Shown: positions 9,703-17,858 of the stretch, in pieces
How positions within the stretch are numbered: position 1 is the stretch's first letter
How the letters are laid out: every line of letters begins with the position of its first letter
NCBI GenBank assembly: GCA_005888635.1
Contig: VBAW01000025.1
Coordinates: 6,298-70,297 of the forward strand
Direction: 5' to 3'
Length of the DNA: 64,000 nt
Source of the DNA: Candidatus Bathyarchaeota archaeon
GTDB lineage: Archaea > Thermoproteota > Bathyarchaeia > 40CM-2-53-6
The notes under the pieces: generated by a model
Seen by the model: the letters and a program-made list of their open reading frames with translations, nothing else
What the model was told of the DNA's origin: nothing
Databases searched by the model: none
Position numbers and translations under genes: made by a program

Positions 9703-10311
9703 ATGTCCATCGAAACCGAGATACCCGCATCAAGACTCCAGTTGGGTCTGATGTGGTCCCGGATGAAGAAAGCATCCAGACTGGACCAGCAAGGAGTCTT
9801 AGAGCTGAAGACGGACACTACATCAACAGGGCAAGCCGTCGCAGTTCTAGTTCTTGCAGCTCTCGCCTACGGGATCGGCTATACTGCACAAACACAGTTC
9901 CAGAGGCACGACCTGTCAATCTATGGAATAATCGTCGGCAGCCTTGCGAACACGGTCACCGTATGCTTCGCGGCCTTCGTATGGTCAGCCACAGCTTTTC
10001 TTGTCGGGACGAAGCTATTCCAAGGGAAAACGGGCTACTGGGAACTGGCACGACCTCTGTTCTTCGCGAGCAGCCCGTTCCTCCTCTTCCTCTTAATCAC
10101 GATCCCTGTTCCTCCAATCCTAGTCCAAGGAAATGTTCCAGTCTACTGGTTCCAGGGGACCATCGCCGTTGCAGCAGTAGTCTGGCTCTTCCTGTCGCAA
10201 ATATTTGTCCTGAAACAAGTCATGGGATTGAACCTGCGAAGAACGGTCCTCACGGTCGGCGTAGGCCTCCTCATCCTGGCCTTTATCGGACTACAGTTCG
10301 GAACAGGCTGA
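9703..10311 (+). CDS. Yip1-like polytopic membrane protein (paralog 1 of a tandem pair)
   Basis: 202 aa with a soluble N-terminus and about 5 TM helices. Shares a colinear pattern with the next ORF (..G.TGYWELARPLFFASSP.L.FLL.IPV.P..). Confidence 0.45.
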   Translation: MSIETEIPASRLQLGLMWSRMKKASRLDQQGVLELKTDTTSTGQAVAVLVLAALAYGIGYTAQTQFQRHDLSIYGIIVGSLANTVTVCFAAFVWSATAFLVGTKLFQGKTGYWELARPLFFASSPFLLFLLITIPVPPILVQGNVPVYWFQGTIAVAAVVWLFLSQIFVLKQVMGLNLRRTVLTVGVGLLILAFIGLQFGTG

Positions 10312-10371
10312 ACAGATCCCACAGTATGAGTTGATAATCCGGGTCAGCGTACATTTCTTTCAGACTCGTCG

Positions 10372-10941
10372 ATGATCTCCCGGGCTAGTCCCTTCACCAT
10401 TGACAGGCTCCGGACTATGCTGGATCGAATGGTGAAATCGGCCCGTTTCAACCGCGACACGTTCTTGGCATTGAAGGAAGATTCCTCGGCGACTGTTCAG
10501 GCACTGATTGTATTGGCTCTTGCTGGAGCTAGTTTCGGTGTCGGATTCGCAGCATCGATCGGATTTGGCACAATGGGGATTCTGGTAGGTGCTGTTTTCG
10601 GCGCCGTTGTAAGTATTGCTCTGGGAATCGTCTGGGTATCCTTGACATTTCTCATCGGAAGAAGCCTCTTCGGAGGAAGATCGAACTACTGGTCACTGGC
10701 GAGGCCAGTATTCTTCTCAACCTCTCCCGGCCTGATCTTCCTCATCATGTCGATCCCCGTGTCGCCAATCCCAGACGTTGCACGAGCGATCGGCGTGGCT
10801 TGGATAGCGATTTCGACAGTGATCGCGGTGAAGAGCGTTATGGGATTGGATACTCAGCGCAGCCTTGTGACATTCATCATAGTCGCATTCATCGTTCTCC
10901 TCGGCTACGGATTTGTTGCCTCTCTGTTGAGCGCCATCTAG
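10372..10941 (+). CDS. Yip1-like polytopic membrane protein (paralog 2 of a tandem pair)
   Basis: 189 aa. Same topology and conserved block (GRSNYWSLARPVFFSTSPGLIFLIMSIPVSP) as 9703..10311. Confidence 0.45.
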   Translation: MISRASPFTIDRLRTMLDRMVKSARFNRDTFLALKEDSSATVQALIVLALAGASFGVGFAASIGFGTMGILVGAVFGAVVSIALGIVWVSLTFLIGRSLFGGRSNYWSLARPVFFSTSPGLIFLIMSIPVSPIPDVARAIGVAWIAISTVIAVKSVMGLDTQRSLVTFIIVAFIVLLGYGFVASLLSAI

Positions 10942-10970
10942 AAATCGTTAACCGCAACACGAGGCGAGGC

Positions 10971-11153
10971 TTACTGTTCGGCAGTTGGAGTCTTTGCCAC
11001 CGCGGGTTTGTATTTGTTGAAAATATCCATTGCAGGGTCTTTCTTCATGTCGTGATCGCGGTACAGATGTTCCTGAAGCTCGTAGTACGTGTTGAAGGTC
11101 CGTTCAATGTTCTTCACAGCACAGACAAAGCATAGAATCTTGTCCTTCACCAA
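10971..11153 (-). CDS. Small C2H2-type zinc-finger protein
   Basis: 60 aa. CFVC...F-x5-L-x2-H-x4-H (CxxC-x17-HxxxxH) with the F/L hydrophobic core positions of classical C2H2 fingers. Confidence 0.4.
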   Translation of the reverse strand: MVKDKILCFVCAVKNIERTFNTYYELQEHLYRDHDMKKDPAMDIFNKYKPAVAKTPTAEQ

Positions 11154-11545
11154 CGTGGACCACGATATCTACCAACTAGACTTGCGGGAAGGGGAATAAA
11201 AAGAGAACTTGGACCGAGAAGCACAAGCTCTCCAAGAGAGTCGGGTCCGTAGGATGGGGAAGGACTTGAATGTCAATCCCTCAGCTAATATCAAGAGCTG
11301 GAAACCTCGCCTTTCCGGAGTAGCAACCGAACGCCTTATGGATGAAGTTGGCAAACGGAACGCTGGGCGATAGCCTGGAGGCGAAAGCTCGTTGTGTGAC
11401 ACATGCGTCGCACACAATCCGAAAAAGAAGAAAAAGTAAACGCGTCATACGTTGTCGAGTGTCTGTCCGGTCCATACTATTTCTCATCTTCCAGACCGAA
11501 GAACGACTGAGAAGTTTAGAAGACGGCGCTGTAGGCAGATGACCA

Positions 11546-12817
11546 ATGTCTAAGGCTTGGAGCTTCATCAAAGACCCAATTCACGGATACGTTCGAATTA
11601 GCGGAGCCGAAAAGACGATAATTGATACTCGACCTGTGCAGAGACTTCGACGACTACGCCAGCTCGCCGGATCAGAGTTCGTCTACCCCGCTGCAAACCA
11701 TACTCGGTTTGAACATGTCATCGGAGCGATGCACCTTGCGGGCGTTCTCTCCGAAGTCCTGCCTACACACCTCGACGTTCACACACAAGAGCAGATGCGT
11801 CTAGCCGCTCTACTTCACGACATCGGACACGGTCCATTCTCACACGTGTTTGAGCCTCTAATGGTTCGCCATCTGAAAAAGACACATGAAGACTTCGTTC
11901 CATGGCTTGTAAATGAGACAGAAATCGAGGGAAAACTCGACAAGGCCGGCTTTGACCCGCGCAAGCTCGGGCTACTAGCCGTGGGCCGGCTTAGAGATGC
12001 AAAGCGACCTTATCTTGACCAGATCATCAGCAGCAGCGTCGACGTTGACAAGATGGACTTTCTAGTCCGGGACTCCTTCCATACAGGAGCAGGGTATGGG
12101 TCCGTGGACGTTCACAGGCTCCTCTACACCATGGACGTGATCAATGGGAACCTTTCCGTTGATGGGAGAGCTGTCGCGACCCTTGAGAGCTTCTTGTTGG
12201 CAAGACTCGAATCCTTCAGAACCATCTACTTCCACAGAGCCTCCAGAGCAGTCCAGATCATGATCGTCCAAGCCCTAGAGGCGGCAAAGGACGAGCTGGA
12301 CCTACTTTCTTTTGACGAGCCTGAAGACTACTTGCGCCTCGACGATTACAAGGTCTGGACTGATCTGAGGGAGTGCAAGCAGTCCAAGAAAATAATGCAG
12401 GATCTAGAAGCTAGAAGACTGCTAAAGTGTTCGTATGAGAAGACTCTCTTCGCTCAGGAAGAGCTCGTTTCAAACGTGATAACGAAGGAGAGCGTGCGAG
12501 ACAAGATCCGAGACGAGATCGCCAAGAAGGCACATGTCGGGATCGACGATGTGATGATTGATGTACCAACCCTTCCCTCAGTGCCTTACCACAACGCGGT
12601 GGAGATACAGCCCCTCGATATACCAGTCTTCAGACATGGACCGACTGGTAAGAAAGAGATCGTACAGCTCTCGGAGATCTCGAGAATAATCGGCGTGCTC
12701 AGGACCTTCATGAATCTCGTCCGGGTCTACACCAAAGAACAGTACCGTTCCAGAGTTGAAGCCGCATCGAGACAGATCCTCGGAGAGACATCATCTTCAG
12801 TGAAGGTTTCCTTCTAG
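11546..12817 (+). CDS. HD-domain phosphohydrolase (COG1078 / dNTP-triphosphohydrolase-like, SAMHD1-type)
   Basis: 423 aa. HD motifs (RFEHVIGAMHLAG..., LLHDIGHGPFSHVFE, DKMDFLVRDSFHTG) in the order typical of archaeal HD dNTPase-like proteins. Confidence 0.8.
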   Translation: MSKAWSFIKDPIHGYVRISGAEKTIIDTRPVQRLRRLRQLAGSEFVYPAANHTRFEHVIGAMHLAGVLSEVLPTHLDVHTQEQMRLAALLHDIGHGPFSHVFEPLMVRHLKKTHEDFVPWLVNETEIEGKLDKAGFDPRKLGLLAVGRLRDAKRPYLDQIISSSVDVDKMDFLVRDSFHTGAGYGSVDVHRLLYTMDVINGNLSVDGRAVATLESFLLARLESFRTIYFHRASRAVQIMIVQALEAAKDELDLLSFDEPEDYLRLDDYKVWTDLRECKQSKKIMQDLEARRLLKCSYEKTLFAQEELVSNVITKESVRDKIRDEIAKKAHVGIDDVMIDVPTLPSVPYHNAVEIQPLDIPVFRHGPTGKKEIVQLSEISRIIGVLRTFMNLVRVYTKEQYRSRVEAASRQILGETSSSVKVSF

Positions 12818-12891
12818 CAACTCTCGCTTCCCGTTCTGTCACTAGGTCAGAATTCTAGAAGTTACATCAGCACTTTATTTCAACCCCAGAA

Positions 12892-13110
12892 ATGATACTG
12901 ATATCCGAAGAAACCGTGGTACCTGCTTTGCCCAAGTTCATGCAAACACTCGACGATACTATCTTCCGAGAGCTAGAGAAGATAGCGAAGAAGAGAGGCA
13001 TTTCTATTCAGGAGCTGATCAGAGCTGTCATCGTTCCCGAGTGGGTGACGGGCCACGATGGCTCCGAGGCCAAAGAGCCGGCCGCAACTAAGCTGAACAG
13101 TTGGCGCTAG
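12892..13110 (+). CDS. Putative ribbon-helix-helix (CopG/Arc-like) DNA-binding protein. The start may be the internal Met at 12943.
   Basis: The segment TIFRELEKIAKKRGISIQELIRAVI fits the RHH strand-helix-loop(G)-helix pattern. Confidence 0.35.
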   Translation: MILISEETVVPALPKFMQTLDDTIFRELEKIAKKRGISIQELIRAVIVPEWVTGHDGSEAKEPAATKLNSWR

Positions 13111-13241
13111 TCTCCACCATTTTCTAGAACGTTGGGTCGCAACTAGACGCCACGCGACGGCCAACTTGTGATCGATCACTCATCCTATTAAAGAATCATG
13201 GACGAATCGTTAGAGTCTTCCCCGTTACATCGAAATTACTT

Positions 13242-13448
13242 TTGACCCATCATCCACTGATCATTTTGACGATGGTTGATGTCCGGAAAGAAGACGAGAA
13301 TCTCTCCCAAGGTTGCAACAATTCTGTCTATGATGCGGTTGACGGTGACAGTAAGATGAGCGTCGAAAAGTTCGACGATGCAATGGCTGCACTCACTTTC
13401 ACAGCCATGGCAGTCACAATCGCCTTGGGGTTCTTATTCCATCTCTAA
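13242..13448 (+). CDS. Small hypothetical protein with a C-terminal TM helix
   Basis: 68-aa ORF with a hydrophobic C-terminus (ALTFTAMAVTIALGFLF). No family recognised. Confidence 0.2.
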   Translation: MTHHPLIILTMVDVRKEDENLSQGCNNSVYDAVDGDSKMSVEKFDDAMAALTFTAMAVTIALGFLFHL

Positions 13449-13468
13449 GATTTTGAAACACGTTCCAA

Positions 13469-13798
13469 TCAGGAACTTTTGACTTTATCCAGAAGCTCTG
13501 AGTAGACCCTTAGAGCCTCTCCCTCGGAGAGTGTCGTGTTGAGAGAAACCAAGCTCATCTTCTTGAAGATAGCAGCAGACCTCTCCGCAAGAGCTCGAGC
13601 TGCAATGAGATATCTTCCTCCCAAGAGAACGGACGATGTGCCCACTACGCCCTCGGTTAGACCGGGGGTCGACACGGCAAGCGTCCCCAATTTCATTGAT
13701 CCCTCGTAGCAGAAAGCGAGGATGGCATTGTCCATTTGGAGCAGGTTCACTTTGTGAAGCCTGCCTTCTCTCTCTATACCAGCTTCCTGCAGGACCAT
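13469..13798 (-). CDS. Hypothetical protein
   Basis: 109-aa ORF immediately downstream of the PAC2-family gene on the same strand. No confident family. Confidence 0.3.
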   Translation of the reverse strand: MVLQEAGIEREGRLHKVNLLQMDNAILAFCYEGSMKLGTLAVSTPGLTEGVVGTSSVLLGGRYLIAARALAERSAAIFKKMSLVSLNTTLSEGEALRVYSELLDKVKSS

Positions 13799-13818
13799 AT
13801 TCTATCCGAACATCGTGT

Positions 13819-14595
13819 CTAGGTGATGTAGCGGTCTTTTCCTTCTTCCGTCTTCTCCTCTCCTTCTTTGACCTCTTCGAGTTCGGTTCGACGGAACTTC
13901 TCCATCTTCTTACGCATATCCTCGATCTCTGTATCCAAGTCCTTCAGCTCGACCGGCATTCCGACCAGTCCAGTCAGCATCTGAATCACTGCCCGAGCCG
14001 CTTCCAGATCAGGATACACTCCTGTTGTCGCCCCCAGGAGACCCGCGCATTGCAGCCCTCTCTGCCGACCAATGCCTAAGATGACTCCCGCTGCCCCAGT
14101 AACGGCTCCTCCCTTTGCGAGCTTAGCGCCCATCTTCTTCAACCGTTCTCCGACAACCGAATCACCGGCAACCGCGTATACCGCTCCAACATCGTTCCCA
14201 GACCTAGTGCCATAGCCTCCCATCGTGAGAACCATTTTGGAATTGAACCGCTGGGCAAAGTCCAGAACTATACTAGCAACTTCGTACTGGCCTGTTACAC
14301 TCGGCTGCGCGTCTCCAGTAAGAAATATGGCGTTAGGCTCCTTATCGCCAAAAGAGTAGAACTCATACTTGGGAAGTGAATAGGTCCCATCCTCGGAAAT
14401 ATTGATGCCTAGATTCCCGTCGGGGAAAAGAAGATAGCTAGAATAGAGTTCAGCGAACTTTTTCGGCTTCAGCTTCTCGATAAAATAGTCCACCGCGACC
14501 TTTCCAACATAACCCAGACCCGGCAGGCCCTGGATCAGGACCGGCTCCTTCAATTCTGCCTTTGAGAGTTCATGAATTCTGGTATCATTAATCAT
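13819..14595 (-). CDS. PAC2-family protein (archaeal proteasome assembly chaperone-like, COG1938)
   Basis: 258 aa. N-terminal LIQGLPGLGYVGKVAVDYFIEKL block characteristic of PAC2/PbaA-type proteins, with an acidic C-terminal tail. Confidence 0.7.
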   Translation of the reverse strand: MINDTRIHELSKAELKEPVLIQGLPGLGYVGKVAVDYFIEKLKPKKFAELYSSYLLFPDGNLGINISEDGTYSLPKYEFYSFGDKEPNAIFLTGDAQPSVTGQYEVASIVLDFAQRFNSKMVLTMGGYGTRSGNDVGAVYAVAGDSVVGERLKKMGAKLAKGGAVTGAAGVILGIGRQRGLQCAGLLGATTGVYPDLEAARAVIQMLTGLVGMPVELKDLDTEIEDMRKKMEKFRRTELEEVKEGEEKTEEGKDRYIT

Positions 14596-14700
14596 TACAA
14601 CAGGCCAGATCGAGGAGTCTCTCGCGATTTTTCGGTAGAGTTGTTTAAATAGTTTGATTCATCAAGCCCTCTCTCAGCCGAACAGAGAGTTTGAAACAAG

Positions 14701-15171
14701 ATGAGCTGCGCGCCATTCGTCTCGTCACCTCATGACGTTGTCCGCAAAATGCTAGAGGTAGCCAAGGCTACAAAGGACGATGTGGTCGTAGATCTCGGAT
14801 GCGGCGATGGTCGCATTCTAGCGACTGCGGTGAAAGACTTTGGAGTCAAAGCAGCGTTCGGCTACGAGATAAGAGAAGACCTCTTCAAGACCGCCTCTGG
14901 CGAGGTTGAGAAGCTCAATCTTACGAACAAGGTCCACGTATATAACCGCGACCTCTTTCAGGCCGATCTCAAAGAAGCTACTCTCATCACTCTCTACCTC
15001 ACAACCTACGCGAATGAGCGACTGAAACCGAAGCTGAGAGCTGAAGCAAAGCCCGGTTCGCGAATCGTCAGTCACGACTTCATGATCAACGGCTGGAAGC
15101 CTTCACGGAAAGAGAACTACAACGAACATACGATTTACGTATACTCGATTCCTGAATCGTATTCAATGTAG
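14701..15171 (+). CDS. Small class I SAM-dependent methyltransferase
   Basis: 156 aa. Motif I VVDLGCGDGRI, acidic residue at end of beta2 (FGYEI) and motif IV-like NRDLF. Confidence 0.65.
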   Translation: MSCAPFVSSPHDVVRKMLEVAKATKDDVVVDLGCGDGRILATAVKDFGVKAAFGYEIREDLFKTASGEVEKLNLTNKVHVYNRDLFQADLKEATLITLYLTTYANERLKPKLRAEAKPGSRIVSHDFMINGWKPSRKENYNEHTIYVYSIPESYSM

Positions 15172-16266
15172 AGTTCCGGAGCCAACTTCATCGTACCTCG
15201 ACGATAAGGCAATATTTCCGATCTCAAGAACAGTCGGCATTTCGTTCGTCTTAGTCTCAACGATAACCTTCCCGTTTTCGACCTGATTGATTCTCCCTAT
15301 GGCGAGAAGTTCCTCGTTCTGATTCAGCAGACCGGCAACTAGCCCTCTGAAGTGCCGATTCTGTGGGAAGATTGTCTGCTCTAATTGGTCAAACATTCTC
15401 ACTCTTGTTTCTTGACTGATTACTAACTTGTGGGACCCTTGAAGGAACCGTCGATACCCTGCTTCTCGAGCCTTCTTCCTCTCCTCCTTGGATCGAATGC
15501 TTGCGAACGAAGAGCTTGGCATTTTTAGCGCCGCGAACTTTACTCTGTCGAGAAGAGGATCAATGATATCGTCTGATCGACTCAGCCCAATGACCAAGTC
15601 GGGTTGAATCTCTTCAAGCAGGAGCTGCTTGTGACGTATGGCGTTGAACTCTGCAAGCCATCCATCCGTATTCACAAGCACTACGTCAGCTGAACTCGTG
15701 ATTCTCTTCTTCAACCGTGTGGCTAGGGTGACGACTTTGTCGGGAACGAAGGATGGGCTAGTGTCGCCTATGAAGAATGAAATTTCCGCTTCTGCTTTGT
15801 GAAGGCCAATAATCGGTGCCTGGACAACAGACGAGCTAATGGTGGTTGGAGGCCCAATGTCCGCTTGACCCACGTCTGCGTCAACTACTCCTACTTTACC
15901 CGTGTCTTCTAGGCATTTGTTGGCTAGGAATGTGCAGAGGCTGGACTTGCCAGAATCTACCTCTCCGATTATGACGCAGACGCCTCGCTGCCGTTGGAGA
16001 ACTTGCGCTGCCTCGTTCCAGGCCACTGGCACAGTTGACTCTCCAGCCACAGACCATGAACTTCCTGAACCGCGTCTGATTTCCAGAAGGGTATTGTCCG
16101 CAGCGTAGATGGGTTCTTGTCGCGACTCCTCTATCATGGTCCAATCGTCAGATTGGATTGGAGCGCCGAAGCATTGTGCGTCTCCTCTTTTCGCTCTGAT
16201 CCACGCCGGTCCCTTCAGAAGTAATGTGTGACCTTGTTCGAGGTCGAGTGTGACTGGTTTAGTCAT
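15163..16266 (-). CDS. Clp1/Grc3-family polynucleotide 5'-kinase (archaeal Clp1 homologue)
   Basis: 367 aa. P-loop IIGEVDSGKSSL, Walker B-like VVLVNTDGW, three-domain size typical of archaeal Clp1. Confidence 0.7.
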   Translation of the reverse strand: MTKPVTLDLEQGHTLLLKGPAWIRAKRGDAQCFGAPIQSDDWTMIEESRQEPIYAADNTLLEIRRGSGSSWSVAGESTVPVAWNEAAQVLQRQRGVCVIIGEVDSGKSSLCTFLANKCLEDTGKVGVVDADVGQADIGPPTTISSSVVQAPIIGLHKAEAEISFFIGDTSPSFVPDKVVTLATRLKKRITSSADVVLVNTDGWLAEFNAIRHKQLLLEEIQPDLVIGLSRSDDIIDPLLDRVKFAALKMPSSSFASIRSKEERKKAREAGYRRFLQGSHKLVISQETRVRMFDQLEQTIFPQNRHFRGLVAGLLNQNEELLAIGRINQVENGKVIVETKTNEMPTVLEIGNIALSSRYDEVGSGTLH

Positions 16267-16323
16267 CTATGATCAGAGCTGGCTAAGCTTCTTACCTCGC
16301 AACGAAATATTGCGAATTCAAGA

Positions 16324-17004
16324 TTGGAATCTCTCAGCACAGGAGTTCGGGGACTTGATATGTTGCTGGGAGGCGGTTTCCCGCTTCGACAGATAAGCCT
16401 CCTGTATGGCGAAGCATCGACGGGCAAGACCATACTCTCTATGCAGTGCGCCCTGGAGATGGCACGAAAGGACTTCCGCGTCTTTTACGTGGATGCTGAC
16501 CAGTCATTCTCGGCTCAGCGGCTGGAACGTATGATTGGAGGCCCTGAGTTTGCCGAAAGGATTGTTTTGTTTCAGCCCGAGGATTTCAAAGACCAAGTTG
16601 GAATCATCGAGAATCTGGAAAGTGTGCTCACCAAGACTCCGGCACTGGTAGTGGTGGATTCGATCACCGGACTCTACCGGGCAGACAACGGAGGGTCCGA
16701 GAAGATCTTTGCTCGCAATCGAGAACTCAATCGCCAGCTCGCCCACCTAAACAGTCTCGCAGCCCGATTCAAATTATGGGTACTACTCACCGGACAGGTC
16801 CACAGCACACCGTCTGGAGGAGAATGGCTAGTGGAACCAGTAGCGACTCGAACCCTGAAACACTGGTCTGACCTAATTCTGAGACTAAGACAGACCCCGA
16901 AGACAGACGTGAGAGACTGCATCTTGGAGAAGAAGAATGGAGGTGAAGTCTCTGGCTACCATAGCTTATTCAGGATAGGCGAGGATGGTATCGAAGACGT
17001 CTAG
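16324..17004 (+). CDS. radB: DNA repair and recombination protein RadB (RecA/RadA paralog)
   Basis: 226 aa. LSTGVRGLDMLLGGGF...YGEASTGKT (Walker A), VVVDSITGLYR (Walker B). Short, with no N-terminal HhH domain, which distinguishes it from RadA. Confidence 0.75.
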   Translation: MESLSTGVRGLDMLLGGGFPLRQISLLYGEASTGKTILSMQCALEMARKDFRVFYVDADQSFSAQRLERMIGGPEFAERIVLFQPEDFKDQVGIIENLESVLTKTPALVVVDSITGLYRADNGGSEKIFARNRELNRQLAHLNSLAARFKLWVLLTGQVHSTPSGGEWLVEPVATRTLKHWSDLILRLRQTPKTDVRDCILEKKNGGEVSGYHSLFRIGEDGIEDV

Positions 17005-17051
17005 GGCTTGAATTATTAACCATAGCCAGCTCGCTACGCCTCTTCGGGACG

Positions 17052-17540
17052 ATGACAGGACTCATTACTTCGGCTCTGCTCTTCATTGGTCCCGCCTACT
17101 TCGCCAACGCCGGACCCTTGGTCTTAGGCGGAGGTGCTGCTCTTGATGGCGGCAGAACGCTTGCGGATGGTCAACCGATTTTTGGACCTCACAAGACGGT
17201 TCGAGGAGTTATAGCAGGAATCGTAGCCGGTACGCTTGTTGGGCTGGCCGAGTCTTTCGTCGACTCCCGTCTTGCGTTTGCAGGATTCATGATTGCGCTT
17301 GGAGCAGTTTTTGGAGATCTCTTGGGCGCTTTCGTGAAACGTAGACTAAAGGTAGAACCTGGCAGGTCATTTCCATTACTGGACCAGCTTGACTTCATTC
17401 TGGGAAGCGTTCTACTCGGATATCCTTTCTTTCAAGTCGGGCTCGTTTCAATCATTCTAGTCGTTGTTGTGACGCCTCCGATACACTTGGCTACAAACTA
17501 TGGCGCTTTTCGGTTGGGAATCAAGAAGACGCGATGGTAA
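17052..17540 (+). CDS. carS: CDP-archaeol synthase (CarS, DUF46 family)
   Basis: 162 aa, 4-5 TM helices, conserved FGPHKTVRGVIAG and DxxGAFVKRR blocks of the CarS/DUF46 cytidylyltransferase family. Confidence 0.75.
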   Translation: MTGLITSALLFIGPAYFANAGPLVLGGGAALDGGRTLADGQPIFGPHKTVRGVIAGIVAGTLVGLAESFVDSRLAFAGFMIALGAVFGDLLGAFVKRRLKVEPGRSFPLLDQLDFILGSVLLGYPFFQVGLVSIILVVVVTPPIHLATNYGAFRLGIKKTRW

Positions 17541-17858
17541 CGAATTGTCGATCCTTGAACATGGATTCTAGAACCCACGTTCGACTCTTCGAGAGCTAGC
17601 TGTCTCTGAGAAGATTGGACCGAAGTACCCGCAATGTTCGCAGTGATATAGCGTCCTGCTTCTACCTGCTGCAGTTCCTCCTAGCCATGGAGTCGTCTTT
17701 TCTGACCCGCAGCTCGGGCACTTTCTACTCATACATCTCACCTCAATACCCAGAAGCGAACAGATTGACCATACCGATTCTCCTAGGAATTTGCTTATGT
17801 TCTCCGGATTCTTCGAATCGCAGGACCCGCCCAGTTCAACGATGCTAGACCATTCAAG

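Noticed and set aside
9753-10334. 193-aa ORF overlapping the first Yip1-like gene in another frame
   Set aside because: Arg/Ser/Pro-rich junk translation; the alternative frame has a coherent TM-protein pattern.
17780-17840. T-arm-like GGATTCTTCGAATCG sequence suggesting a tRNA 3' half in the carS-tldD spacer
   Set aside because: The stem does not pair (CGGAT vs ATCGC). No acceptor or D-arm could be built, and there is no CCA-proximal discriminator context.
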